50,013 bases of DNA from assembly GCA_902787665.1 (NCBI GenBank), contig CADAHF010000003.1, forward strand, positions 1 through 50,013, read 5' to 3'. The stretch is from an uncultured Pseudomonadota bacterium. GTDB taxonomy: Bacteria; Pseudomonadota; Alphaproteobacteria; Rs-D84. Below, one piece after another: positions 23,289 to 33,717 of this stretch; positions within the stretch are counted from its first letter, which is position 1, and the number at the start of each line of letters is the position of its first letter. The notes below the pieces were generated by a model that ran no database searches, was not told the DNA's origin, and was given only the letters and a program-made list of their open reading frames with translations. The translations under genes and the position numbers were made by a program.

Positions 23289-24866
23289 TTATTTTTGTAA
23301 TGGATACTTTCCGTCGATAAGATTTTGACGAACAACATGGTGTTTTACCTTTTGCGTACTTGTTGCAGGCAAATCATCGGTTGTCATCGCAAAGTGTGTA
23401 ACCCATTTATAAGAAGCCAATTTTTTATTGGCGTTAGCGATAGCGGCTGCCAACTTATCAATTGTCATATCTTCTTCAACACTGAACACAGCATAGGAAA
23501 CAGTTTTGTCTTCCAATTTGTGTTCAAATACAGCGACATTTTTAACGCCTGGTATTTCCATATACAAACCTTCCAGTTCGTCTGGATAAACGTTTTTACC
23601 AGAATCAAGAACGATCACTTGTTTTTTACGACCGGCAAAATGCAATTCGCCGTTTTTATCCATTGATACAAGGTCGCCCGTATTAAAGAAACCATGTTCA
23701 TCAAAAACCTGGGCATTGACTTCTGGATTATTAAGGTAACCATCAAATACCTGGTGACCACGAACCCACAAAACACCAATGCCGTCGGCATCTTTGTTGC
23801 GAATTTCGCATTCATTGTTTATTGTTGGTGCACCAAATGCAAAAGGGATACGTTTTTTAGTGCGCTTTGATATACAGATTGGTCCAACAGTTTCTGTCAT
23901 ACCATAGCCCTGAATAAATGGCATGCCCAATCTTTCATAGAATGTTTCAACCTCTGGCTTGGTCGCAGCACCACCAGCAACCAATAAAGTCACACGACCG
24001 CCGAATATGTTACGAACGGGGTCTTGCACTTTGCGCACCAAGAAACCAAGTCCCAGTTTGTCCAACGTTTTGCCATATTTTAAAACAAACGATGCAAACA
24101 GCCACAGATGTCGTGCCTTTAATTGTTCAATGATACGATTGCGGATAAGTTCGAACAAACGTGGCACAGCCGGAATAATTTGTGGTTTGAATTCTGCAAA
24201 ATCCGCCATCAATAATTTTGGATTGATACTTGGTTGTAAAATTACACCACCGCCGTATTCAATCGTTGCCAGAATTTCCACCGCAAATCCAAAGATGTGA
24301 TACATTGGCAAAAAACCATAAAAATAGTATCCTGGTTTGATATATTCACTCATTTCTTGTAACGAGTGTGCACATTCAATCAAATTAAAGTGTGTTAATG
24401 GAACAACTTTTGGTGTGCCGGTTGAACCAGATGTAAATGAAAGTGTCGCAATTTCCAATGATTCCACCGGGGCAGGTTGTAAATCAGGATTAATCTTGCC
24501 ATCTTTTTTCGTTATATCATAGAAAGTAAAATTCTTGGTCTTATAAAAGAAAGATTTTTCAGCACAGACAAAACGGCAATCTGTAATCTTTGTCATATTG
24601 TCATATTCAAATGGTGTCAGGTTTGTATCCAACATTAAAACGCGGGCACCCAAATACCATACTGCAAACAGTGTTATTGGAAATTCTGGAATATTGTGCG
24701 ATAAAATACCAACAACATCGCCAGCTTTGACCCCAGCTTTGTCCAAAGATGCGGCGCGTGCACGAACCAAATCAATAAATGCAGAAAATGTAACCTTTTC
24801 CCGAACTAAAAACAAATTGTCCGGATACTTTGTAGCTGCATTTTCTAAAAACTTGTACATATTCAT
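23289..24866 (-). CDS. AMP-dependent synthetase/ligase (acyl-CoA synthetase-like)
   Basis: AMP-binding motif 'LSFTSGSTGTPKVV', 'GYGMTET', 'TGDLVSMDKNGELHFAGRKK'. Confidence 0.85.
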   Translation of the reverse strand: MNMYKFLENAATKYPDNLFLVREKVTFSAFIDLVRARAASLDKAGVKAGDVVGILSHNIPEFPITLFAVWYLGARVLMLDTNLTPFEYDNMTKITDCRFVCAEKSFFYKTKNFTFYDITKKDGKINPDLQPAPVESLEIATLSFTSGSTGTPKVVPLTHFNLIECAHSLQEMSEYIKPGYYFYGFLPMYHIFGFAVEILATIEYGGGVILQPSINPKLLMADFAEFKPQIIPAVPRLFELIRNRIIEQLKARHLWLFASFVLKYGKTLDKLGLGFLVRKVQDPVRNIFGGRVTLLVAGGAATKPEVETFYERLGMPFIQGYGMTETVGPICISKRTKKRIPFAFGAPTINNECEIRNKDADGIGVLWVRGHQVFDGYLNNPEVNAQVFDEHGFFNTGDLVSMDKNGELHFAGRKKQVIVLDSGKNVYPDELEGLYMEIPGVKNVAVFEHKLEDKTVSYAVFSVEEDMTIDKLAAAIANANKKLASYKWVTHFAMTTDDLPATSTQKVKHHVVRQNLIDGKYPLQK

Positions 24867-24934
24867 AGTATAAAGTCCTTGTTTTTTATGTTATGCTGGG
24901 GGTATTATAATACAGAACAAGACGGAATTCAAAT

Positions 24935-25705
24935 ATGAAAATTTTAACACTTAATATAAACTCTATTCGGGCACATGTGGAAAGTTTTATTGATATTCTG
25001 CGTGGTGGTGAATATGATGTGATTTTAGTTCAAGAATTAAAGGTTGAAAATGCGTCTTTCCCGCACAGCCTGTTCGATGAATATGGATATAATATCAAGG
25101 TTTTTGGCCAGAAAAGTTATAATGGGGTTGCCATATTTTCAAAATATTCAATCGAAGATGTTGTTCGCGGGTTGCCTAATTTCCCAGATGAAAATTCGCG
25201 GTTTATTGAATGTGTGATTGATGGGCGCGTGCGTATTATAAATGTATATATGCCAAACGGTGATACGATTGATTCACCAAAATTCCCGTATAAATTAAAA
25301 TGGATGAATGCTTTTACTGATTATATTTCGCAATATTTAAACAGTGAAGAACCAGTTATTATTGGTGGTGATTTTAATGTGGCACTTAGTGACATGGATG
25401 TTTGGAACCCGCGTAATTATGTTGGTATTGCAATCGCAGCACCGCAGGCACGCGAAATAATGCAATCTTGGTTAGATGCAGGTTGGGTTGATGCATGGCG
25501 AAAGTTGCATCCTGATACAATTGATTACACCTGGTATGGATATCGCGGTCATGACACAGTTGGAAACAAACAAGGTTTGCGTTTGGATTATTTCTTATGT
25601 AACCATGCAGCATCAAGCTTAATTACAAATTGTGAAATTGATATGTCACCAAGATTGGCTGACAAACCAACTGATCATTGTGGTTTAATGATTGCATTGA
25701 AATAA
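24935..25705 (+). CDS. xthA: Exodeoxyribonuclease III
   Basis: 'ILTLNINSIRAH', 'DVILVQELK', 'IIGGDFNV', 'RLDYFL', 'SDHCGL'-like 'TDHCGLMI'. Confidence 0.9.
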   Translation: MKILTLNINSIRAHVESFIDILRGGEYDVILVQELKVENASFPHSLFDEYGYNIKVFGQKSYNGVAIFSKYSIEDVVRGLPNFPDENSRFIECVIDGRVRIINVYMPNGDTIDSPKFPYKLKWMNAFTDYISQYLNSEEPVIIGGDFNVALSDMDVWNPRNYVGIAIAAPQAREIMQSWLDAGWVDAWRKLHPDTIDYTWYGYRGHDTVGNKQGLRLDYFLCNHAASSLITNCEIDMSPRLADKPTDHCGLMIALK

Positions 25706-25710
25706 TAAAG

Positions 25711-28248
25711 TTATTTGTTGTCCCACACGCGTGCCAAGTCATCATATTGGCGATATTTAGGTTCACTGTTTGGGCGGTTTTCGTACGGTGCGCGACCAAC
25801 GGTGAACATATTTATAACTTCAATCGTTTTATCAACCGCTGCGCGAATCATATCAGCAGTTGTTGCAGAATCATATTCAACTGGCTTTGTTTGGTTGTTT
25901 TGCAGTTGTAAAAACCGCATAGAGGGTGTTTTGCTGCGCGTGGTTGTTGAAATTTTAAAACCACCAGTTTGTAACATGCGTGCTTCAAGTGGTAATTGCG
26001 GCATTGTGCCCAGTAATAATTGTGATTTAGATGGTGCGGCACCTGTTTTTATATCAATTACAACCCCGTCTGCAACCCTGTCGGCGCGTGCACGAATTGT
26101 GCGCCCGGCAATTTCAACAAACCCGGGTATTTCGCTGTATGCACCGGGACATGCGTTTATTTCGTTTACAATAACTGGGGCAATTTCTTTGAACCTTTTG
26201 TGCCAGAAATGCATTTGAACACCATTAAGACCATCTATATTTTTTGCAGCATTGTCCATGCGCGCAATAAGTGTTTCTGGCGTATCGCCCGGTTTTGCAT
26301 GTTCAATAATACTGTGCACCAATGTTCCAAATTTGCGTGCGTCCGGCCCAACCCAGTAATCATCTTTGACGGCCAGACGTAATATATGTCGCACATAATA
26401 TGCATATGGGTTGTGTATTAAATATTCTAAATCTGTTACATACATATCAGACCAATCGGCTGGTGGTGTTGGTGCATCATAATTTAATGGTTTTGCATCA
26501 ACATTATCATGTTCCAATACGGCAGATAAAATTTCGGTTTGTGCAGTTTTATCAAATTTTCCACCACGCGCCGTGACACGCGATAAAAAGCGCGATTCTG
26601 TTGTTTGAACGCCACCAGATATTTTACTGCGTAACCAATAAACATTTTCTGCACAAGACAAATTCATAAAGTCCAAAGACATTAATGATACTTTATGATT
26701 GGGTGATGGCAGGCCAAGCTGGGTTGATATTTTTTGCGGTAACCATGCATTTTCATAGCCGGTTGACGGAAACATACCCTCATTAAGACTGGTCAGAATC
26801 ACAACATCTGCGGTTTGCATACGCGATTCAATCGTGCCAAGAACACATACCTTTGTATCATCAGAAATGTCGCTGCGGATTGTCACCGAAGAAAGCGCGT
26901 CACTTATAAAAGCGCGTGCATCACCCAAGGTTAATACAATATCGTTTCTTACAAGAGCGCTGGAAAGTTCGCGAATCGCAACCCATATTGAAATCGCGTT
27001 TACATCCAATGGGTCAAAAGTTGGCATCCAAATATTTTGATTTGATTCAACAATATGCAAAATTGTTTCAAATAAATCATATTTTGAATCAATATATAAT
27101 TTATCAAATTCTTTTGAATTTTTTTCCGCCCAACCGTCAAACAAATTCAATATCGCACGGCCAATCACATGCATTGTCGCAGGGCGCCCACCAGAAAAAT
27201 CAGTTGGTATATTTTTCGCATTTAATGCAGATGCAATTCTTTGGTTTCCAGCCGCATCTGGTGTGATTACCAATACAGATTTATTCTTTTTGATTGCTTG
27301 TTCGGCAATTTCAGCAACAGCGGCAGATTCAATGCTTTCGCGTTCACATTCAATTAAATGACAATGTGAAACAGCGTTTGTGTTTTTAGAGTTTGTTGTA
27401 TCATTTCCAAATGCAAAATTCATAAAGTCAATTGTTTCAGATTCACCAACATCGATAGGGATAATATCATCTGTGTTAACACCAATGCGTGATAAAAATT
27501 TATATTCGGAATAATATGGATTTGTCGTTAATTCAAAATCAGATTTTCGACCAGATATTTTTCCAGATAATATTATTCGACCAAATGGCGCGTTTGCAAT
27601 CGTGGCCATTAAATCACTTGTTGCGGGAACACTTGCTGTGGAACCACAAACAATTACCAGTTTATATGGAAAGTTTTTTGATTGTATGTACGGAATCCAT
27701 GCGCGTATATCAGCGTTTCTTTTTGCTGTGGTTGTTATGCGCCCCCGTGTAATCGCGTTCATATTGTCTGATAATATTTGTAAAATTTTCGCCTTGTTTT
27801 GAAAATGTGTGGCATATTTTTCATCAATAATATCTGCCCAGGTTATTTTAGATACATCAATGCCTTCATTTTCAAAATAGTCAGTCATACGAATAAAATC
27901 GCGCGCGATGGGCAGGGCGGTTGAAATGTTTTTTATGTGTTCATCGCCAGATAACAATTTTGCCAAAACAACAATGCGTTCAAGATTTGAAACCGTATCA
28001 TCTGTTGTAATTTCTGAAGCAAAATCGATGTCTTCGACGCCTTCGCCCAATGCAACTAATTCGGGTAATATCACCGCGTTTCCAGATTCTTGCACAATCA
28101 TTTTTTCTGTTGCACGGACGGCGCGACGGCTGGGCAAAAAAATAAGAATATCTTGTAAAGGTATATTTGATGACGATATGATTTTCCACAGCGCATCAAG
28201 CATATGCGCCGGGTTTGTTGCATAAAAAATATTTTTATTTGATGCCAA
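25711..28248 (-). CDS. addB: Double-strand break repair protein AddB (alphaproteobacterial type, PD-(D/E)XK nuclease C-terminus)
   Basis: 845 aa. C-terminal nuclease motif 'RADRVADGVVIDIKTGAAPS' and the tail 'YDDLARVW' resemble alpha-type AddB. No AddA gene is adjacent. Confidence 0.75.
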   Translation of the reverse strand: MASNKNIFYATNPAHMLDALWKIISSSNIPLQDILIFLPSRRAVRATEKMIVQESGNAVILPELVALGEGVEDIDFASEITTDDTVSNLERIVVLAKLLSGDEHIKNISTALPIARDFIRMTDYFENEGIDVSKITWADIIDEKYATHFQNKAKILQILSDNMNAITRGRITTTAKRNADIRAWIPYIQSKNFPYKLVIVCGSTASVPATSDLMATIANAPFGRIILSGKISGRKSDFELTTNPYYSEYKFLSRIGVNTDDIIPIDVGESETIDFMNFAFGNDTTNSKNTNAVSHCHLIECERESIESAAVAEIAEQAIKKNKSVLVITPDAAGNQRIASALNAKNIPTDFSGGRPATMHVIGRAILNLFDGWAEKNSKEFDKLYIDSKYDLFETILHIVESNQNIWMPTFDPLDVNAISIWVAIRELSSALVRNDIVLTLGDARAFISDALSSVTIRSDISDDTKVCVLGTIESRMQTADVVILTSLNEGMFPSTGYENAWLPQKISTQLGLPSPNHKVSLMSLDFMNLSCAENVYWLRSKISGGVQTTESRFLSRVTARGGKFDKTAQTEILSAVLEHDNVDAKPLNYDAPTPPADWSDMYVTDLEYLIHNPYAYYVRHILRLAVKDDYWVGPDARKFGTLVHSIIEHAKPGDTPETLIARMDNAAKNIDGLNGVQMHFWHKRFKEIAPVIVNEINACPGAYSEIPGFVEIAGRTIRARADRVADGVVIDIKTGAAPSKSQLLLGTMPQLPLEARMLQTGGFKISTTTRSKTPSMRFLQLQNNQTKPVEYDSATTADMIRAAVDKTIEVINMFTVGRAPYENRPNSEPKYRQYDDLARVWDNK

Positions 28249-28798
28249 TGATTTTCCTTAGACTTTCAAGACCTGTTTTCTTTTCGCTTGATGTTTCAAG
28301 TATTTCTGGAACCATAGCACCGTGTTCCGTGTGACTAAGTTTTGTTTGATTTTGTTCACGAATGCGCTTGTCTTTCTTGGTGTATACAATTTGGTAACAG
28401 ATTCCATTTATATCACAAAAGTTCATTAATTCTAAATCGGAATCGCGTGGACCAATACGCGAATCAATCAATATAAAAAGTCGTTTTAGTTGCCGTCGGG
28501 TATGCAAGTATTCTTGTAGCCGTTCCAGCCAGCGAATTGTATCCGTTCTGGATACGCGGGCATATCCATATCCGGGTAAATCGACAATCATTATGCGGTC
28601 ATCAATATTGAACAGGTTTAATGATTGTGTGCGTCCTGGTGTGTTTGATGTTCGTGCAATTGGTGTATCGACAATTGCATTGATAAGTGATGATTTGCCA
28701 ACATTACTGCGCCCGACAAATGCATATTCGCTAAATTGTGTTTTTGGTAATGATTTTACCGTTTCAAAAGAACCAACAAATTTAATCATTGTTGCCAC
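28235..28798 (-). CDS. engB: Ribosome biogenesis GTPase YsxC/EngB
   Basis: 'FVGRSNVGKSSLINA', 'DLPGYGYA', 'TKKDK'. Confidence 0.9.
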   Translation of the reverse strand: MATMIKFVGSFETVKSLPKTQFSEYAFVGRSNVGKSSLINAIVDTPIARTSNTPGRTQSLNLFNIDDRIMIVDLPGYGYARVSRTDTIRWLERLQEYLHTRRQLKRLFILIDSRIGPRDSDLELMNFCDINGICYQIVYTKKDKRIREQNQTKLSHTEHGAMVPEILETSSEKKTGLESLRKIIGIK

Positions 28799-29582
28799 CT
28801 TTGTTTAACATGCGTTTGTATGCTTCTTTTTTTGATATGCCAGTGCGTGCCGCCAAATCAGCCGCCGCAGATTTTGTTGATGCGGATGTTATATCGTTGA
28901 CAATTTCGGTTATTTCACGGTCTGAAATTTTATGTTCTGGGGCGGGGGCAACAACAATAACAATTTCACCGCGTGGCGCGTCTATGTGCATTAAATCAGC
29001 CGGATATCCAATAATCGTTTCTTCGTGAATTTTTGTTATTTCACGAACAATTGCAATTTGCCGTTCAGGCATAACACGTGCCAAATCTGCAATCGTAGAC
29101 ATAATGCGATTTGGACTTTCATAATAAATAATTGTATGACGAATGCGATTGTCGTCATGTAATTTTTTGGGGTCAAAGAAGCCACAAAATGTAAATCGAT
29201 CACTTGGAAATCCAGATAAGACCAATGCGGAAATTACCGCGGTTGGTCCAGGAACAACAAATACGGGAATGTTTTCGGCACGTGCTGCGCGAACCAATCT
29301 GAACCCGGGGTCACTGACACATGGCATACCAGCATCGGTTACAACCGCAATAGACATACCGCCATGCAATTTTTCAATTAAATCAGGGACAATGTCTTGT
29401 TCGTTGTGTTCGTGGTGCGATATGCGTTTTGTTTTTATATCAAAATGTGATGCCAGTTTGCCAAAAACACGTGTGTCTTCGGCGGCAATCAAATCGACAG
29501 ATTTCAAAACATCAATCGCCCGGGGCGAAAAATCGCCCAGATTTCCAATGGGTGTCCCAACAATATAAAGTCCGTATTGCAT
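28782..29582 (-). CDS. rsmI: 16S rRNA (cytidine1402-2'-O)-methyltransferase
   Basis: 'LYIVGTPIGNLGDFSPRAIDVLKSVDLIAAEDTR', 'SDAGMPCVSDPG'-like 'TDAGMPCVSDPG', 'YESPNR'. Confidence 0.9.
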   Translation of the reverse strand: MQYGLYIVGTPIGNLGDFSPRAIDVLKSVDLIAAEDTRVFGKLASHFDIKTKRISHHEHNEQDIVPDLIEKLHGGMSIAVVTDAGMPCVSDPGFRLVRAARAENIPVFVVPGPTAVISALVLSGFPSDRFTFCGFFDPKKLHDDNRIRHTIIYYESPNRIMSTIADLARVMPERQIAIVREITKIHEETIIGYPADLMHIDAPRGEIVIVVAPAPEHKISDREITEIVNDITSASTKSAAADLAARTGISKKEAYKRMLNKGGNND

Positions 29583-29630
29583 TTTTTATACCTTTACATT
29601 AGAATAATACAGAATTAAATGGATTTTTCA

Positions 29631-31196
29631 ATGCATATAAAAACAATTTTTAGTTTTTTAGTTATTGGGACAATGTTGTTTGGGTGTACCATGCCACATG
29701 GACAATGGTCGATTGACGATGAAAGTGTGACGACTTTTCCGGCACAAATGCAATATGGCACATATGAAGGCGATGAAAATCATCGCATGGCGGTGATTTT
29801 GCCAATGTCTGGTGATGCAGCGACAACGGGACAAAGTATACGCACATCTGTTGAAATGGCTGTTTTGGCATCTGGGGCAAATAATTTGACGGTGTCTTTC
29901 TTTGATTCTGCGCGCGGGGCGGACGCTGTGCATGATGCGTTGTCATCAACCCCAGATATTGTTGTCGGGCCTTTGTTTGCGGGCGATGTGCGCGTGTTGC
30001 GTGATGAAAAACAGTCGTCGTTACCAGTATTGTCGTTTACTTCGGATGCAACAGCGGTTGGTGATGGGGTTATGACAATGAACTTGATGCCGACAAACAG
30101 TGTTGAAGTTATCGTCAAAGAAATGCAGTTGGATAATCGTAAAAGTTTTATTGTAATTGCTCCGGATACCGATTCTGGACATTTGCTTGCCGGGGTCGCA
30201 GAAAGTGCGGCACGCATATATAATGTGCCATTAATTGGTGCGTTTTTCTATGATGAACACGATTCCGAATCCATTAAATATGCCACGGAAAAAGCATCAA
30301 TGAATGTCGCACGTAGCGCGGCACACACGCGTGCGCGTGAGATTTTGTCAGATATGTTAACAGATGAAACATTGACCTCTATTGAACGTTCTTCAATAAC
30401 AAGACAGCTAGATAATTTGGCAAAAAACGACACATTGGGCGCGTTGCCATATGATGCTGTTTTGTTTTTAGGAACGGCTGATGATACAAAATCAGTTGCT
30501 TCTTTTATGCGATATTTTGGTGTCGGTTCGCGTGATGTGAAATTTTATGGAACGGCAATGTGGGACGGAACAGATATTGTATCTGACTTAACAATGTCGG
30601 GCGCGAAATATGCGGCGTTGCCCGAGATAAACGAAGATTTTGTCGTTGCATATGAACGCGTTGCCGGAATCAAACCAAACCGTTTGGCTTCGATTGGGTA
30701 TGATGCAACAAATATGGCGATTTCAATGATGTATTCAGATAAGTCACAGGCGGCATATTTGCTTGATCCAAGTGGATATGTTGGTGTTGATGGTATTGTT
30801 CGTTTGCGTCCAACTGGTGATAATGAACGTGCATTGCGTATAATGCAATTGAATGGCAATGGTAAACCAAATGTTGTTCGCGATGCAGCAACGGACTTTA
30901 TGGTACCGTTATATAATATTGAACAACGTCATATATCACCGGTGTCTGAAACACCATTACAAACACGTGGCGTGAATCCGATGGATTATATTCGTATTCC
31001 GGAACGTTTGCGTGGTAAGTATAAATCAGACACATTTGGTGCAAATATGACATCAGAATCAAATGCAAGAACAATCAATGTTGTGTCTGTTGTTCCCGAA
31101 GACACAAGTGCAGCGATTGTGTCGCAAGATTATAAGCCGGTAAAACTTACACCTGTTACTAAAACCTTGATTGATAGTATTGAAGTGGCGGAATAA
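29631..31196 (+). CDS. LpoA/LppC-like penicillin-binding-protein activator (periplasmic-binding-fold lipoprotein)
   Basis: Lipobox 'MLFGC'. 'MAVILPMSGDAATTGQSIRTSVEMA' fits the LppC/type I PBP fold. It is divergent from rsmI, as is common for lpoA-like genes. Confidence 0.65.
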   Translation: MHIKTIFSFLVIGTMLFGCTMPHGQWSIDDESVTTFPAQMQYGTYEGDENHRMAVILPMSGDAATTGQSIRTSVEMAVLASGANNLTVSFFDSARGADAVHDALSSTPDIVVGPLFAGDVRVLRDEKQSSLPVLSFTSDATAVGDGVMTMNLMPTNSVEVIVKEMQLDNRKSFIVIAPDTDSGHLLAGVAESAARIYNVPLIGAFFYDEHDSESIKYATEKASMNVARSAAHTRAREILSDMLTDETLTSIERSSITRQLDNLAKNDTLGALPYDAVLFLGTADDTKSVASFMRYFGVGSRDVKFYGTAMWDGTDIVSDLTMSGAKYAALPEINEDFVVAYERVAGIKPNRLASIGYDATNMAISMMYSDKSQAAYLLDPSGYVGVDGIVRLRPTGDNERALRIMQLNGNGKPNVVRDAATDFMVPLYNIEQRHISPVSETPLQTRGVNPMDYIRIPERLRGKYKSDTFGANMTSESNARTINVVSVVPEDTSAAIVSQDYKPVKLTPVTKTLIDSIEVAE

Positions 31197-31259
31197 TTTA
31201 ACAGTTAGCAACAATTCTGTTTTTATGGTATAATATTTGCGTAGAGAGAGTGCGTAAAT

Positions 31260-32447
31260 ATGGCAAAAGATAAGTATATTTCTTTTAGTAAATATGTAAG
31301 TGGTTTTTCTTTTGCAAATTTGGGATTGTTTACCGGTTTTGCCGATGGAATTTATAATGCGGTATATTCTTTGGTAATTTTAGAAATTTTCCGTTCAAGT
31401 GCTGTTGTTGGTTTATATGTTGCGTTATATTCGGCATTCTGTATGTTTGTTGGTTTGTTTGCGAATGAGGTTTTTCGTCGTTTTTCCAAGGTGCGTATCT
31501 TTTATTTTGTGCTGCTTATGTTGGCAGCGGGATATGCGATGATGAGTTTTTCTATACGGCCAGAAACTTTTATTACTCTTGATTTCACAACCGGAATTGC
31601 TATCACATTAAGCCAGATGTTAATACCGCTGTTTATGGCTGATTTTGTAAAGAAAATAGGTATTGCGCGTCTTAATGCGCGATATCATTTATGGTTAAAT
31701 TTGGGCGCATTGTTTGCGCCAATGATAGCTATGTGGATAGCGGGATTTTATGGCAATCGTTCTGCATTTATGGCTTCGTCACTTATATATTTATCAGCTT
31801 GGTTCTTTTTCAAATGGTTCCATATTGTTCAAGAAGATAAAAAAATAAAACCAGTAAACCCACGGCGCACATTTCGTGCATTGTGGAAAAATACGCGGGC
31901 ATTTTTTGCAATGCGCGGAATGTTACGGGCATATCTTATTAATTTTGGTTTTTATTCATTGCGTGCGATGCGATATTTATATGTTCCGATTGTTGTGATT
32001 GAGGCTGGTTTTTCGAAAGATACGCTTGGTCTTGTGTTGACTTTGGGTATAATTCCATATCTTGTTCTGTCTGAAATTATGGGGCGGGCAGTACAAAAAT
32101 ACGGTAAAAACATATGGTTGGTATTGGGTTTTGCTTCGTTCGCAGTACTTTCTGCGGTGGCAACATTGGTAACAGGGTTCCCGTTGCTTGCGATATTTGT
32201 TTTATGGCAAGTTTCAGGGGCGTTAATGGAACCGGTACATGATTTGTTGTTTTTTGACAATGCAGAGCCGGCACAACGCGCGCGTTTCTATGGCGTTTTT
32301 CGGACAAGTGCTCATTTGCCAAATATAATTGCGCCAACATTGGGTGCGGCGTGTATCACTTTCTTTGGGGCAACAACAGCAGTATGGTTTGTGACGGCTG
32401 TTATTGGAGCTTTGGCGGTTGGAATTATTATAACGCCACATAAATAA
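31260..32447 (+). CDS. MFS transporter
   Basis: 395 aa with about 12 hydrophobic segments and a central basic loop. Confidence 0.8.
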   Translation: MAKDKYISFSKYVSGFSFANLGLFTGFADGIYNAVYSLVILEIFRSSAVVGLYVALYSAFCMFVGLFANEVFRRFSKVRIFYFVLLMLAAGYAMMSFSIRPETFITLDFTTGIAITLSQMLIPLFMADFVKKIGIARLNARYHLWLNLGALFAPMIAMWIAGFYGNRSAFMASSLIYLSAWFFFKWFHIVQEDKKIKPVNPRRTFRALWKNTRAFFAMRGMLRAYLINFGFYSLRAMRYLYVPIVVIEAGFSKDTLGLVLTLGIIPYLVLSEIMGRAVQKYGKNIWLVLGFASFAVLSAVATLVTGFPLLAIFVLWQVSGALMEPVHDLLFFDNAEPAQRARFYGVFRTSAHLPNIIAPTLGAACITFFGATTAVWFVTAVIGALAVGIIITPHK

Positions 32448-32507
32448 ATTCTGTTGCGCAGATGCAGAATTCTTTGTATGATTTTAGTATCAACAAAGGG
32501 GATTTTT

Positions 32508-33581
32508 ATGGCGAAAAAGGAAGTTTCAAAGGAAAATATGTCTCCGGTGAAAAATCCGGCATTGGAATCAGCGCTTGCACAAATTCAAAAACAATTCGGT
32601 AAAGAAGCCATTATGAAAATGGGTGATGGTTCGCAACAGAATATTGAGGCGATTTCATCTGGTTCATTGGGATTGGATATTGCGTTGGGTGTTGGCGGTT
32701 ATCCGCGTGGTAGAATTGTTGAAATATATGGTCCAGAAAGTTCCGGTAAAACAACACTTGCATTACATGCGGTTGCTGAGGCACAGAAAAAGGGTGGTAC
32801 ATGTGCATATATCGATGCGGAAAATGCACTGGACCCAAGTTACGCAAAAAAGTTGGGTGTTAATGTTTCTGAATTGATTATTTCACAACCTGATTCTGGG
32901 GAACAAGCATTGGAAATTGCCGATACTTTAATTAAATCTGGTGCGGTTGATGTTGTTGTTGTCGATTCTGTGGCGGCTTTGGTGCCAAAGGCAGAACTTG
33001 AAGGAAACATTGGTGATTCGTTTGTTGGAACAACTGCGCGGTTGATGTCACAAAGTTTGAAAAAGTTGGCTGGGTCTGTATCACGCACGAACACATTGCT
33101 TATCTTTATTAATCAGATTCGCATGAAGATTGGTGTCATGTTCGGTAACCCAGAGACAACATCTGGTGGAAATGCATTGAAATTCTATGCTTCTGTGCGT
33201 TTGGATATCCGTCGTACCGGTGCAATAAAAGATAAAGAAAATGTTGTTGGAAATGAAACACGGGTCAAGATTGTGAAAAATAAAGTTGCGCCACCGTTCC
33301 GCACTGTTGATTTCAAGATTATGTACGGTGAAGGTATTTCGCGTATTAGTGAAATCTTGGATATGGGTGTCAAATATGATTTGATTGAAAAAGCGGGTTC
33401 TTTCTATTCGTATAATGATGAAAGAATAGGTCAGGGTGAATCAAATGCGCGTCAGTGGTTAAAGGATCATCCTGATGTCCAACAGGAATTACTTGATAAA
33501 ATTATGGCGCGTTCATCTGGAATTGCCGAAGAAATGACGACCGGCCCATCAGAAGATGATACTGCTGATATAGTCGAATAA
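32508..33581 (+). CDS. recA: Recombinase RecA
   Basis: '[35 protein letters not shown]', 'IDAENALDP', '[11 protein letters not shown]', '[37 protein letters not shown]'. Start at MAKKEV, preceded by AAAGGGGA. Confidence 0.95.
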   Translation: MAKKEVSKENMSPVKNPALESALAQIQKQFGKEAIMKMGDGSQQNIEAISSGSLGLDIALGVGGYPRGRIVEIYGPESSGKTTLALHAVAEAQKKGGTCAYIDAENALDPSYAKKLGVNVSELIISQPDSGEQALEIADTLIKSGAVDVVVVDSVAALVPKAELEGNIGDSFVGTTARLMSQSLKKLAGSVSRTNTLLIFINQIRMKIGVMFGNPETTSGGNALKFYASVRLDIRRTGAIKDKENVVGNETRVKIVKNKVAPPFRTVDFKIMYGEGISRISEILDMGVKYDLIEKAGSFYSYNDERIGQGESNARQWLKDHPDVQQELLDKIMARSSGIAEEMTTGPSEDDTADIVE

Positions 33582-33587
33582 CTTTTT

Positions 33588-33609
33588 GGGACAGGTTGTT
33601 GCCTGTCCC
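33588..33609 (+). terminator. Hairpin after recA (weak terminator, no T-run)
   Basis: GGGACAGG / CCTGTCCC with loop TTGTTG. Confidence 0.4.
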
Positions 33610-33717
33610 ACATCAAATTAAAAGGAGTATGAAATGAAAATATTAAAAAATGATACAGAAACATTGATATCAAAAGGTGATATGGAAGTATAATTAAAAC
33701 TAAAAAAGGGGGCGGAT

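Noticed and set aside
32447-32471. Inverted repeat AATTCTG-N11-CAGAATT just upstream of recA, considered as a LexA/SOS box
   Set aside because: The CTG-N11-CAG spacing does not match the gamma-type CTG-N10-CAG box. There is no GTTC-N7-GTTC (alpha-type) direct repeat, and no similar motif was seen upstream of uvrB. It begins within the last bases of the MFS gene (the TAA stop is 32445-32447) and may just be its terminator hairpin.
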